NCBI GenBank assembly: GCA_046733275.1
Contig: JBKPOW010000052.1
Location: forward strand, 486 to 64,485
DNA length: 64,000 nt
Source of the DNA: Actinomycetota bacterium
Lineage (GTDB): Bacteria; Actinomycetota; Thermoleophilia; Solirubrobacterales; 70-9
Direction: 5' to 3'
Shown here: in pieces, positions 43,413 through 53,362 of the stretch
How the letters are laid out: each line of letters opens with the position of its first letter
Position numbering within the stretch: position 1 is the stretch's first letter
The notes under the pieces: generated by a model
Database searches by the model: none
The model's input: only the letters and a program-made list of their open reading frames with translations
Told to the model about the DNA's origin: nothing
Position numbers and translations under genes: made by a program

Positions 43413-44434
43413 TCGAGCCGCCCGGAAACGTCGCGCCGCCCTCGGCGGAGTGGTCCGCGACAGTCGAGCGGTTGATCGAGGACGCGAGCAATGAATCGCT
43501 CGATGGATTGAGCCTGGACGGACGGGAACCGCCCTTCTTCAACCCGCTCAAGGGGCCCCTCGGCGTGACGGAGTCCACCGTCAAGTGGTCGGTGCTCTCG
43601 GGCACGCTGCGCTCGAGCGGCCTCTCGCAGGAGGCGCGCTGGCGAGTCGCCGACCAGGCAAGGATCGAGCCAAGCGAAGTCGCACCCGGCAAGCGGGTTT
43701 TCGGGCAGGACGAGTACTGCGAGTGGAGCGTCGCACGCAGTGGGGACGAGGTCAGGAGCGTCACCTTCACCTCGGAGGTCGGCGAGTGGTACCAGCACCT
43801 CGCCGCCGATCCGGGTGCCATCCGCGCTGAGTACGAGCGCCTCCTCGGCGAGCAGGTGAGCGAGGGCGAGCTCTTCATCGACGGCAAGTACAACTGGCGG
43901 AATGAGTGGAACAACGGCGCCAAAGGCACGATCGTCCATCTGGCACAGCAAAACAACAACCTCACAGCCGCGGTCCAGCTCGCCGCCGAAGCGTCGGTTG
44001 TCCGGACCGGCCCGGCGGGGATCATCACGGACCCTCAGGCGTTGATGCAGTGCAATGGCCTTGGCAACGCCGACCGCTTCAGCGATCCCTCGATCGCGGC
44101 GACGATCAACGGCCTTGCGGCCGGCGGCGCGCGGATAGCGCTTGCCAACCCGCCTGGTCTTTATCTGGCCGGCATCCGGACCGACGGGATGCGTTTGCCG
44201 CCCGGACACGAGGACCTCGATCCGGCCGACTTCTGGCATCCCGAAAAAGGCGAGAACGGGAGGGTGGTCCGTGCCCGTTTCGAACCCCCGCCCGGGACCC
44301 TCGCGCTCAGCGACGTCCTCCTTGACGGCAGGCCGATCGTCACCGGCGCACAGCTCGCCGAGCGTGTCGACGTGACGATCTCGGTACTCGTGCACCAGGC
44401 TGAACAGAAACCAGTCACGAAGCCGTGCGGCTGA
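43409..44434 (+). CDS. Hypothetical 341-aa protein (paralog of the next gene)
   Basis: QDEYCEWSVARSGDEVRSVTFTSE and QNNNLTAAVQLAAEA. No signal peptide. Confidence 0.7.
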   Translation: MIEPPGNVAPPSAEWSATVERLIEDASNESLDGLSLDGREPPFFNPLKGPLGVTESTVKWSVLSGTLRSSGLSQEARWRVADQARIEPSEVAPGKRVFGQDEYCEWSVARSGDEVRSVTFTSEVGEWYQHLAADPGAIRAEYERLLGEQVSEGELFIDGKYNWRNEWNNGAKGTIVHLAQQNNNLTAAVQLAAEASVVRTGPAGIITDPQALMQCNGLGNADRFSDPSIAATINGLAAGGARIALANPPGLYLAGIRTDGMRLPPGHEDLDPADFWHPEKGENGRVVRARFEPPPGTLALSDVLLDGRPIVTGAQLAERVDVTISVLVHQAEQKPVTKPCG

Positions 44435-44473
44435 CTGCCACGCCTGCCGTGGCGATAACCCGGCCCTAGGGGC

Positions 44474-45685
44474 ATGGCCGCGCCCGGTGGACTCACCGAG
44501 CTGGGGGAGGACGCCGGCGCGTGGGACGCCCGCGTTGCCGACAAGGTCGCGCGGGCCGGGGCTCCCCTGGCGCTGACAGCGGCCGGCAGGGGCAACGCCA
44601 CTGAGCTGCGGGTCCCGGACTGGCCGGCCGTGCCCGCCCGGATCCGCGCCTGTCTCGGCAGGCAACGGGCGGATCGCCTCATGGACACGACGACCGAATC
44701 GGGGGGCGACCTGGGGCGAACGATGCTGCAGGAGGAGTACGCCGAGTGGCGGGTCGTGCGCGACGATCGCGGCCCGGTCCGCTTCGAGCTCACCACTGAG
44801 CTCTCCGACTACTGGGAGCTGCTGGCGCGGCACGCGCCCCGAACTGCGCTCGACCTGGTGTCCGGCTTTGCCGGGCACCAGGTCCCGGCCGAGGCGCTCT
44901 TCGGCGACCACGACCCGTTCGGCGCGGCCAGCACAGGGGACGAGCGAGCGGCGGCATTCAACGCGACGATGCTGGGCATCGACCGGCGGGGGGAGCGTGT
45001 CGCCCGGCGGGGCCCCTACAACGACGGCACCGCTGCCATCACCTGCCTCGCACGCGGCGACAATACCCTCGCCGCGCTCGTTCGACTCGTCGCGGGGGCC
45101 GCGGTACCGCGACTTGTGCTCGATTCCACGGGAGAAGGCGTGCGCTTCCCCTCCGGCTCGGAGGCGATCGCCTGGATGCCCACCGGCAGCGCGCAGGACT
45201 GCCGCAACTCGGATCCGGTCGTGGTCGAGCGGCTGACCAGGCTCGCCACCGAAGGGCGCCCGATCCGCTTCGACGACCCCGTTGGCGTCTACATCCTCGA
45301 CGTCCAGGGGTTTGACCTGCTCTGCCCGGGCGACGAGCCGCTGCCGCGCGAGTGGCTCGAGCTGAGCCGGCAGGGAGAGCTCGCCGACGGGCTCGCCCGG
45401 CACCAGCGGCTCACGCTGGATATCCCAGCCGACGCCGGCTTCTCCCTCGCCCAGCTGCGCTCGGCGCGCACCGGGAGGACGATCGAACACGGAGCGCAGA
45501 TCGCCGAGCTCGTCCAGCTTGGCGTCTACCTGCGGGTCGGCGATCGGGAGTCGGTGCCGGTCGATGTATCGCCACGCCCGGCCCCCGAGACTCCCGCCTG
45601 CGGCGGTGACGCGGCCTGCGAGGGCGTGCGCCGGGACGCGTCTCGGCTGGAAGAGAAGGCTCGGGGCGTACCTGAGGGCGCGTGA
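44474..45685 (+). CDS. Hypothetical 403-aa protein (paralog of the previous gene)
   Basis: QEEYAEWRVVRDDRGPVRFELTTE and GDNTLAALVRLVAGA. The stop overlaps the DyP start. Confidence 0.7.
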   Translation: MAAPGGLTELGEDAGAWDARVADKVARAGAPLALTAAGRGNATELRVPDWPAVPARIRACLGRQRADRLMDTTTESGGDLGRTMLQEEYAEWRVVRDDRGPVRFELTTELSDYWELLARHAPRTALDLVSGFAGHQVPAEALFGDHDPFGAASTGDERAAAFNATMLGIDRRGERVARRGPYNDGTAAITCLARGDNTLAALVRLVAGAAVPRLVLDSTGEGVRFPSGSEAIAWMPTGSAQDCRNSDPVVVERLTRLATEGRPIRFDDPVGVYILDVQGFDLLCPGDEPLPREWLELSRQGELADGLARHQRLTLDIPADAGFSLAQLRSARTGRTIEHGAQIAELVQLGVYLRVGDRESVPVDVSPRPAPETPACGGDAACEGVRRDASRLEEKARGVPEGA

Positions 45686-46899
45686 GGGTGACCGCCTCAG
45701 AGCCACAGCTACAGGCAGGCATCTACCTCGAGACGGGCAGCCTGCCCAACGCCTTCCTTCTCCTCACCCTCGAGTTCGCGGACGAGTGTCCCCCGGCCGA
45801 GGCGGCGGCGGCGCTAGGGCGGTTGTGGGCGATGCTCGCCGACCTGAGGGCGGGTGTCGTGCGCGAGCTCGAGGCAGCCAAGCCCGGCGACGACAGTTCC
45901 CGGATCGAGCCGGAAACCTTCGACGTGTTGCTCGGCTACGGAGCGAGCTTCTTCGAGCGCGAGCCGCGGTTGAGCGGGGCTGAGAAGCCCGACAACCTGG
46001 TCGCGCTGGAGCATCCGCAGGGACCGTTCGCGGCCATGCGCTGGGCTGCCGGGGTCGCCGCCGGGCGGGGCGAGGGTGACCTCTGCTTGCAACTGACCGG
46101 ACGCGATGCTCATGCCGTCAACCGCGCCGCGGTCGAGGCCTGGAAGCTGATCGTCGACGAGCGCCTGCCGCTGAGGATCGTCGAGACCTTCCCCGGCTTC
46201 GCCCGCGACGACGGCCGCAGCTGGATCGGCTTCCACGACGGCGTCAGCAACATCAGGCCGGACCTGCGCGAGCGCGCCGTCCGTTGCACCGGCGACCCCG
46301 ACTGGAACCGGGGTGGGACCTATCTTGCTTTCCTGCGCTGCCGGGTGGACCTGGCTGCGTGGCAGTCTCTCTCGCGCGCCGAGCAGGAGATGCTGGTCGG
46401 CCGCGACAAGCTCAGCGGCTTTGCCCTGCGCCGTATCGATCAGGAGCGAGCGAGGCTCGTGCCGCGGGCCTTCCCGCGCGGTTCGGGGGACCCCGGACCT
46501 GGGGCGGCGGAGGAGGAAGCCTTCCGCGACCCGCCCGAGACCGGCGATCCGATCGTCGAGGCCTCGCACGTCCATCGGGCCAACCAGAACCGTGCCGCGC
46601 CGACGACCCCGGCGGGCCATCGCATCTTCCGCCAGGGCTACGAGTACCTCAGCGGTGTCGGGCCCAGAGGCCCGGAGCTCGGCCTCAACTTCGTCAGCTT
46701 CCAGCGCGATCTCTATGACCTCAGGCAGATCCTCGGGCTGGCCGACTGGCTGGGCGGGGTCAACTTCGGCGGCCGCGTCGAGCGGGCGCGCGGCGAGCCG
46801 GAGCCGATCGAGCTGATCGCGCTCGAGGCGGGGAGCTTTTACGCGGTACCGCCGCACGCGAGCCCATTTCCCGGCGCGAGTCTGTTCGGATCGGGATAA
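45682..46899 (+). CDS. DyP-type (dye-decolorizing) heme peroxidase
   Basis: IGFHDGVSN, GGTYLAFLR, SHVHRAN (proximal His region), RQGYEY, GLNFVSFQRD and GSFYAVPP. Confidence 0.85.
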   Translation: MRVTASEPQLQAGIYLETGSLPNAFLLLTLEFADECPPAEAAAALGRLWAMLADLRAGVVRELEAAKPGDDSSRIEPETFDVLLGYGASFFEREPRLSGAEKPDNLVALEHPQGPFAAMRWAAGVAAGRGEGDLCLQLTGRDAHAVNRAAVEAWKLIVDERLPLRIVETFPGFARDDGRSWIGFHDGVSNIRPDLRERAVRCTGDPDWNRGGTYLAFLRCRVDLAAWQSLSRAEQEMLVGRDKLSGFALRRIDQERARLVPRAFPRGSGDPGPGAAEEEAFRDPPETGDPIVEASHVHRANQNRAAPTTPAGHRIFRQGYEYLSGVGPRGPELGLNFVSFQRDLYDLRQILGLADWLGGVNFGGRVERARGEPEPIELIALEAGSFYAVPPHASPFPGASLFGSG

Positions 46900-46926
46900 A
46901 GGGGAAAGAGCGCGCCGGACAACGGA

Positions 46927-46956
46927 AAAGGGCCCCGAATGGGGCCCCTTGTTTCC
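46927..46956 (+). terminator. Hairpin terminator after the DyP gene
   Basis: GGGCCCC-gaat-GGGGCCC followed by cttgtttcc. Confidence 0.55.
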
Positions 46957-47145
46957 GAAGGACGTGCCGCCAGATCAACAGACGCTGGCTCGTCGGTCCT
47001 CAAACTTTGAAGTTGTGCCGCCGCCCCTGCCGGCGGCTTGTATTGATAAACACGCCGTACGTGGAAAAGTTGCACTCCTTGCATCGGCGCTTGCAAGCGG
47101 CGACTTTAGGCCTTAGACCCACCGCTGCTAAATTCCGATTCCCTC

Positions 47146-47218
47146 GGGCGCATAGCTCAGTTGGGAGAGCGCCGCCTCGACAAGGCGGAGGTCGCTGGTT
47201 CGAGCCCAGCTGTGCCCA
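47146..47218 (+). tRNA. tRNA-Val (anticodon GAC) with an atypical C at position 33
   Basis: Acceptor GGGCGCA/TGTGCCC, D arm GCTC-AGTTGGGA-GAGC, anticodon arm CCGCC-TCGACAA-GGCGG, T arm GCTGG-TTCGAGC-CCAGC. Confidence 0.85.
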
Positions 47219-47245
47219 TTCCACCCATTCTCCGAGGAGCCGACG

Positions 47246-47692
47246 ATGGCCTACCGCCTGCTGCGCGCCGACGACGCCTTCTGGCGCGAGTCGAACCAGA
47301 TGCGGGTGCTCAACACCGACCTCGCCAAGCAGCTCGAGGCCGAGAACCTTGGGGCCCGTTTATGGCGGCTGCGGCCGGGCCAGGCGTCGACCAAGCACCA
47401 TCACCCCCGTGAGGAGGAGCTCTACGTGCTTATTCGCGGTCGCGGCCGGATCCGCGTCGACGAGGAGTCGCTGGAGCTGAAGCCGCTCGACGCGCTCCTG
47501 GTCGAGCCAGACTCCGTGCGCCAGGTCTTCAACGACACCGACGAGGAGGCTCTGTGGCTGGTCGTCGGTTCCCCGCCGGAAGCCGCCAACACCCTCGAGA
47601 TGAGCGAGGCGCGGCTGCGCGAGCTCTACCCCGAGGGGCCGCGTGCGCTGCCGCCGGAGCTGGGCGGCGGTCAGTTCTCGCCGCCGGACTGA
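47246..47692 (+). CDS. Cupin-domain protein
   Basis: GQASTKHHHPREEELYVLIRGRGRIRVD...LLVEP. Confidence 0.8.
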   Translation: MAYRLLRADDAFWRESNQMRVLNTDLAKQLEAENLGARLWRLRPGQASTKHHHPREEELYVLIRGRGRIRVDEESLELKPLDALLVEPDSVRQVFNDTDEEALWLVVGSPPEAANTLEMSEARLRELYPEGPRALPPELGGGQFSPPD

Positions 47693-47753
47693 GCGCCGTC
47701 TGGTCAGACGTCTGCGTCTCAGTCGGCGCCCCTTCATCTAGGCTCGCCGTCCT

Positions 47754-49454
47754 GTGATCGCGACCTATGCCGCAGCGCTGGCCGTTGGCGTCGCCTCGCT
47801 CGTTCTCGGACAGGCCTCGCTCACGCTCTGCGAGGTGCGCCGCTGGTCATGGCTCGCGCCCCCCGTCGGGCTGGCGTTGGTCTGTGCGATCTGCTGGGCC
47901 ACCGTGCGGATCGGCGAGAACGGCGTGGTTCCGGCGGTGCTGCTCCCCCTGCTGGCGATCGCGGCGGCGATCTACCTGCGCCGGCGGGTCGAGGGCGGGG
48001 GAGAGGCGCTGCGAGTGGGCGGCCCCGTTGCGCTCGTCGCCCTGCTTGCGGCCTCACTGCCCTTCGCGGTCGAAGGCCACTTCGGCATCCTCGGCACCGG
48101 CTTCAACCCCGACATGTCGCAGCACCTCCTGGCGTCCGATCGGCTGGCGGACGGCCACGGCTCGCAGTTGCTGAGCCAGGGCTACCCACTCGGCCCGCAC
48201 GCGGTAGTCGTCGCCCTGAACGAGGGGCTGGGCATCGGCATCGTTCAGGGCTTCAGCGGACTGACGGTCGCCGTGGCGATCCTGGCGCCACTGACCGCGT
48301 TGGCGGCGTTCCGGGAGCAACCGTTTTGGCCTCGGACCGCCGCCGCCCTCGTCGTCGGTCTCGCCTACCTGGTTGCTTCCTACTACGCGCAGGGCGCCTT
48401 CAAGGAGACGATGCAAGCCCTCTTCGTCCTCGCCTTCGCCCTGGCCCTGCGCGAGAGCAGCCGCTCGTGGCGCGATCTGCCGCTGCGCTTCGTTCCGGCG
48501 GCCATCGTCGCCCTCGGCGGGGTCTACGTCTACAGCTTCCCTGGGCTGATCTGGCTCGCCGCGATCCTGCTCATATGGCTCGCGTTCGAGCGCTCGCTGC
48601 CGGTCAGGCCACTGCTCCTCGCTCTGGTCGTCTTCCTCGTCGGCGCCCTGCCGGAGCTGGGTCGGATGATCGACTTCAAGCAGTTCGAGACGTTCGACCC
48701 CGACGGCCCCGGCCTGGGCAACCTCTTCGGCCAGATCTCGCCCTTCACCGCGCTCGGCATCTGGCCCTCGGGCGACTTCCGTCTAGCACCGGGCGACGGC
48801 GCGATCCCCGCGTTCATCTACTACCTGGGAGCGGCGTTTGCAAGCGTCCTGCTGCTCCTCGGCATCAGACGCGCATGGCGCAGTGGTGAACGAGCGATCT
48901 TCGCGGGCCTGGTAGGTGCCGCTGGCCTTTATGCCGCCTCGCGCCTTGGCGGCACGGCCTATACGTCCGCCAAGGCGCTCGAGATCGCGGCACCGCTGGT
49001 TGCCCTGATCGTCCTCCTGCCGCTGATCCGGTCCTCTTCCGTGGTCTACCTGGGCGCGGCCGGCGCCTGTTCGCTCCTCGCCTTTGCCAACGCGCCGGTT
49101 GGGCCGAGCTCCTACTCGCCCGCGCTCACCGGCCTGCGCCCGTTGCTCGCCGGCGGCTCGACCCTGGTCCTCGCCCCCGACCAGCTGCTCGAAGAGGAAC
49201 AAGGCGCCCGCTACATCGCCTGGGAGCTGCGCGGCGGCCGCGTCTGCATCGAAGCGGAGAGCTCGGCGGGGGGGAAACCGCCGGCCGGCGTCCGCTTCTT
49301 CGTCACCACTGGCTCACCGCGGCGCGCGCCCTTCAGCCGGCTCGAGCGGCTGCGCCTCGCCGGCCCCTACGTCGTCTGGGAGCGGCGCGGCGTGGTCGGC
49401 GGGCCCAGCCCCTGCCCGCTGATCGCCGTGCGTCAGGCCAGGCAAGGGCCGTAG
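47754..49454 (+). CDS. Polytopic membrane protein (about 12 TM segments; GT-C-like glycosyltransferase is a guess)
   Basis: Strongly hydrophobic throughout. No motif recognised with confidence. Confidence 0.65.
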   Translation: MIATYAAALAVGVASLVLGQASLTLCEVRRWSWLAPPVGLALVCAICWATVRIGENGVVPAVLLPLLAIAAAIYLRRRVEGGGEALRVGGPVALVALLAASLPFAVEGHFGILGTGFNPDMSQHLLASDRLADGHGSQLLSQGYPLGPHAVVVALNEGLGIGIVQGFSGLTVAVAILAPLTALAAFREQPFWPRTAAALVVGLAYLVASYYAQGAFKETMQALFVLAFALALRESSRSWRDLPLRFVPAAIVALGGVYVYSFPGLIWLAAILLIWLAFERSLPVRPLLLALVVFLVGALPELGRMIDFKQFETFDPDGPGLGNLFGQISPFTALGIWPSGDFRLAPGDGAIPAFIYYLGAAFASVLLLLGIRRAWRSGERAIFAGLVGAAGLYAASRLGGTAYTSAKALEIAAPLVALIVLLPLIRSSSVVYLGAAGACSLLAFANAPVGPSSYSPALTGLRPLLAGGSTLVLAPDQLLEEEQGARYIAWELRGGRVCIEAESSAGGKPPAGVRFFVTTGSPRRAPFSRLERLRLAGPYVVWERRGVVGGPSPCPLIAVRQARQGP

Positions 49455-49456
49455 CA

Positions 49457-51400
49457 TTGCCCGGGATGGAGGCGACGACCAAGATCACCGCCACGCTGCC
49501 CGACGGCAAGCCGCTCGAGCTGCCCGACGGCGCCAGCGGCGCCGACGCCGCCGCGGCGATCGGACCCGGCCTGGCCAAGGCCGCGCTGGCGATCCGCGTC
49601 GACGGCGAGCTGCGCGACCTTGCCGCGCCGCTCCCCGACGGCGCCGAGATCGCGATCCTCACCGACCGCGACCCCGAGGCGCTCGAGCTGATCCGCCACG
49701 ACGCCGCCCACGTCATGGCCGAGGCCGTGATGGAGCTCTACCCGGGGACCAAGGTGACGATCGGCCCGCCGATCGAGCAGGGCTTCTACTACGACTTCGA
49801 GTTCCCCGCGGACGTCAGGGTGACGGAGGAGGACCTCGACAGGATCGAGGCCGCCATGCGCGAGCACATCAAGGCCGACGAGCCCTTCGAGCGGCGCGAC
49901 GTGCCGCCCGCCGAGGCGATCGAGATCTTCCGTGCCCAGAACCAGGACTACAAGGTCGAGCTGATCGAGGACCTCGTCCGTGACGAAGGGGTCGAGACCG
50001 TCTCGCTCTACCGCAACGGCCCCTTCGAGGACCTCTGCCGCGGCCCCCACGGCCCCTCCACCGGCCGCATCGCCGCGATCAAGCTCAACTCGCTCGCCGG
50101 TGCCTACTGGCGCGGCGACGAGAGCCGCGCGATGCTGACCCGGATCTACGGCACGGCCTTCTTCTCGACGAAGGACCTCGAGCAGCACCTGGAGCGGATC
50201 GAGGAGGCAAAGGCGCGCGACCACCGCCGCCTCGGGCCCCAGCTCGGCATCTTCATGCTGCGCAAGGAGGCCCCGGGGATGCCCTTCTGGCTCGCCCACG
50301 GCACCACCCTGCTGCGCCTGATCGAGGCCGAGGTGCACAAGCAGTTGCGCAAACGCGAGTACGTCGAGCTGAAGACGCCCCACCTGATGGACGTCGACCT
50401 CTGGCACCGCTCGGGCCACTGGGACAACTACCAGGAGAACATGTACTTCACCGAGTCGAAGGAGCGCCAGTACGCGATCCGGCCGATGAACTGCCCCGGG
50501 GCCTGCCTCGTCTTCGCCTCCGAGCGCCACTCCTACCGCGAGCTGCCGCTGCGCATGGCCGAGTTCGGCCAGGTCTCCCGCGCCGAGCGCGAGGGCGTCC
50601 TGCACGGCCTCCTGCGCGTCCGCGCCTTCACCCAGGACGACGCCCACATCTACTGCACCCCCGAGCAGATCGTCGACGAGGTGACCGGCGTCTGCGAGGC
50701 GATCGACGAGCTCTACGCCCGCTTCGGCTTCGACGACGTGCACATCGAGCTCTCCACCCGGCCGGAGAAGTCGATCGGCACCGAGGAGCAGTGGGGGCAG
50801 GCCGAAGACGCGCTGCGCGCCGCGCTCGAGAGCCAGGGGCGCGAGTACACGCTCAACCCAGGCGACGGCGCCTTCTACGGGCCGAAGATCGACTTCCACG
50901 TCACCGACGCGCTCGGCCGCTCCTGGCAGTGCGGCACCTGCCAGGTCGATTTCTTCATGCCGGAGCGCTTCGACCTCACCTACACCGACCAGAACGACGA
51001 CCCGCAGCGACCGGTGATGATCCACCGCGCCCTGCTCGGCTCGATGGAGCGCTTCGCCGGCATCCTGATCGAGCACCACGCCGGCCGCTTCCCGGTCTGG
51101 CTGGCGCCGGTGCAGGCGACAGTGCTGCCGATCTCCGACCGCCATGTCGATCACGGCAACGTGGTCGCCGCCAAGCTGCGCGAGCTCGACGTCAGGGTCG
51201 AGGTCGACCGCCGCTCGGAGTCGATCGGCAAGAAGGTGCGCGACGCAGAACTGGCGCGCAACCCGTACATGCTGGTCGTCGGCGATCGCGAGGAAGAGAG
51301 CGGCGAGGTCGCGGTTCGCTCCCACGCCGAGGGCGAGCTGGGCTCAATGGGCCTGCCCGAGTTCGCCGAGCTGGTCCACCGTGCCGAGCGCGACGGCTGA
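49457..51400 (+). CDS. thrS: Threonine--tRNA ligase
   Basis: TGS N-domain, HDAAHVMAEAV, class II motifs (RPMNCPG, FGQVSRAERE, FTQDDAHIY) and an anticodon-binding C-terminus. Confidence 0.95.
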   Translation: MPGMEATTKITATLPDGKPLELPDGASGADAAAAIGPGLAKAALAIRVDGELRDLAAPLPDGAEIAILTDRDPEALELIRHDAAHVMAEAVMELYPGTKVTIGPPIEQGFYYDFEFPADVRVTEEDLDRIEAAMREHIKADEPFERRDVPPAEAIEIFRAQNQDYKVELIEDLVRDEGVETVSLYRNGPFEDLCRGPHGPSTGRIAAIKLNSLAGAYWRGDESRAMLTRIYGTAFFSTKDLEQHLERIEEAKARDHRRLGPQLGIFMLRKEAPGMPFWLAHGTTLLRLIEAEVHKQLRKREYVELKTPHLMDVDLWHRSGHWDNYQENMYFTESKERQYAIRPMNCPGACLVFASERHSYRELPLRMAEFGQVSRAEREGVLHGLLRVRAFTQDDAHIYCTPEQIVDEVTGVCEAIDELYARFGFDDVHIELSTRPEKSIGTEEQWGQAEDALRAALESQGREYTLNPGDGAFYGPKIDFHVTDALGRSWQCGTCQVDFFMPERFDLTYTDQNDDPQRPVMIHRALLGSMERFAGILIEHHAGRFPVWLAPVQATVLPISDRHVDHGNVVAAKLRELDVRVEVDRRSESIGKKVRDAELARNPYMLVVGDREEESGEVAVRSHAEGELGSMGLPEFAELVHRAERDG

Positions 51401-51542
51401 GCGGGCGGCGACCGGAATGCAAGTCTGTCTCTATACTTGCGGGCACTTGATCGCAGCCAGTCCAAACGCACCGCGCCGCTGAGCGTCCCGTGGCTGCCCC
51501 CGCATCCCTCGTCCTCTTGAAGCTTCCCGTCTCCTCTCGCTA

Positions 51543-52139
51543 GTGCCTGTCCCGCGCAGGTTCGATCGCCGTCCGCCGGAGCGCGACACGACGCGCATCA
51601 ACGAGCGCATCCGCGTCTCGAAGGTGCGCCTGATCGGCGCCGAGGGCGAGCAGCTCGGCATCGTCGACACGGCGGAGGCGATGAAACGGGCCCAGGAAGC
51701 CGACCTCGACCTGGTCGAGGTGGCGCCCAACTCGAGCCCCCCGGTCACCCGCCTGCTCGACTACTCGAAGTACAAGTACGAGCAGGAGCAGAAGCAGAAG
51801 GCAGCGCGCAAGCACCAGCAGCAGGTCAACGTACGCGAGATCAAGCTGCGGCCGAAGATCGCCGACCACGACTACGAGACGAAGAAGGGGCACGTCGAGC
51901 GCTTCCTGCGCCAGCGCAACAAAGTCAAGATCACGATCATGTTCCGCGGTCGCGAGCAGGCGCATCCAGAGCGCGGTCGCGACCTGCTGAAACGGCTCTT
52001 CGAGGACCTCGACGGCCTCGCCACGATCGAGTCCGAGCCGCTGCAGGAAGGGCGCAACATGAGCATGATGCTGGCGCCCTCCAAAGATGCGACGAAGGAG
52101 AGCCCGGAGGGGGACTCCCCCGGTAAGGCCTCCACTTAA
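51543..52139 (+). CDS. infC: Translation initiation factor IF-3
   Basis: [61 protein letters not shown]. Start codon uncertain (GTG at 51543). Confidence 0.9.
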   Translation: MPVPRRFDRRPPERDTTRINERIRVSKVRLIGAEGEQLGIVDTAEAMKRAQEADLDLVEVAPNSSPPVTRLLDYSKYKYEQEQKQKAARKHQQQVNVREIKLRPKIADHDYETKKGHVERFLRQRNKVKITIMFRGREQAHPERGRDLLKRLFEDLDGLATIESEPLQEGRNMSMMLAPSKDATKESPEGDSPGKAST

Positions 52140-52207
52140 CTTTTTTTGAAGACAGTCGGCGGTCGTCCGCGGGCGCCGCCGCAAAAAAAGTACAAGACGT
52201 TCCGCCC

Positions 52208-53287
52208 TTACCGGGGGAGTCCCTCACAGAGGATGTCGGCGATTCGATTGGAGGCCTTTCCATCCCAGAGGGGGGGAGGCTCCGGCGCCGGAGGACGATT
52301 CGCGAGCGCCGCGGGGATCTCGGCTATCGCCGCCGGGTCGAGGCCTAGCAGGGTGTTGGTGCCGGCGCGGATCGTCACCGGGCGCTCGGTGTTGTCGCGC
52401 AGGGTGAAGCAGGGGATGCCGAGGTAGGTCGTCTCCTCCTGGATCCCGCCCGAGTCGGTCAGCACCGCGCCCGCGTCGGCGAGCAGCGAGAGGAACGCGA
52501 CGTAACCGAGCGGCTCGCAGAGCAGCAGGCCAGGATGGTCGGACTCGACCGTCTCCATCATCTTGCGCGTGCGCGGGTGGACGGGGAAGACGACCGGCAT
52601 CTCGCGCGCCAGCTCGGCCAGGCGGTGGACCGTCTCCGGCAGCAGCTCGCCGTCGACCAGGGCGGGACGGTGCAGGGTGACCAGCAGGTAGCCGCCGGGC
52701 TCGACGCCCAGCTTCGCCGCCGCCGCGGCGTCCCGGAAGCGGTTTTCGAGCGCGACCAGGGTGTCGATCATCGTGTTGCCGACGAAGTGCATGCGCTCCT
52801 CGGCGATGCCCTCGGCGCGCAGGTTCTCGATCGCCTCGTCGCTGTGTAGGAAGAGGTGTCGGGCGAACTCGTCGGCGACGATCCGGTTGACCTCCTCCGG
52901 CATCGTGCGGTCGAAGCTGCGCAGGCCCGACTCGATGTGGGCGACCGGGATCTGCATCTTGACCGCGGTCAGCGCCGCCGCCAGGGTCGAGTTGACGTCG
53001 CCGGGCACCATCACCAGGTCGGGCCTCTCTTCCGCCAGCACCGGCTCGAGCCGCTCCATCGTCCGCGCCGTCTGCAGCGCGTGGCTGCCCGAGCCGACCT
53101 CGAGCATGTGGTCGGGGGCGGGAACGTTCAGCTCCTCGAGGAAGATCGCCGACATCGCCCGGTCGTAGTGCTGGCCGGTGTGGACGATCGCGTGGCGGCC
53201 CTCGGGCAGGCGCTCGCGCATCGCCGCGATCACCGGCGCGGTCTTGACGAAGTTGGGACGCGTCCCGATCACGTAGACGATCCGCAC
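52208..53287 (-). CDS. wecB: UDP-N-acetylglucosamine 2-epimerase (non-hydrolysing)
   Basis: [34 protein letters not shown] and TDSGGIQEE. Confidence 0.9.
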   Translation of the reverse strand: MRIVYVIGTRPNFVKTAPVIAAMRERLPEGRHAIVHTGQHYDRAMSAIFLEELNVPAPDHMLEVGSGSHALQTARTMERLEPVLAEERPDLVMVPGDVNSTLAAALTAVKMQIPVAHIESGLRSFDRTMPEEVNRIVADEFARHLFLHSDEAIENLRAEGIAEERMHFVGNTMIDTLVALENRFRDAAAAAKLGVEPGGYLLVTLHRPALVDGELLPETVHRLAELAREMPVVFPVHPRTRKMMETVESDHPGLLLCEPLGYVAFLSLLADAGAVLTDSGGIQEETTYLGIPCFTLRDNTERPVTIRAGTNTLLGLDPAAIAEIPAALANRPPAPEPPPLWDGKASNRIADILCEGLPR

Positions 53288-53362
53288 GGGGCGGCAGCGT
53301 ACCTGCGGCGCCCGCCGCGACCCGCCGAGCGCAGCCGCCGGTCTGCTTCAATACCCCTCCCG

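Noticed and set aside
43208-45706. Very long antisense ORFs. Examples are 43208..45706 (832 aa), 49433..51325, 52224..53606, 54459..55730, 62460..63938, 3729..4889, 47849..48889 and 7614..8549.
   Set aside because: They lie opposite or out of frame to genes with clear family motifs. Their Arg/Pro/Gly/Ala-dominated composition is the typical stop-poor shadow frame of high-GC DNA.
45682-46899. The DyP as encapsulin cargo, based on the C-terminal ..GASLFGSG.
   Set aside because: There is no encapsulin shell gene in the window (a tRNA follows), and the tail only loosely resembles known targeting peptides.
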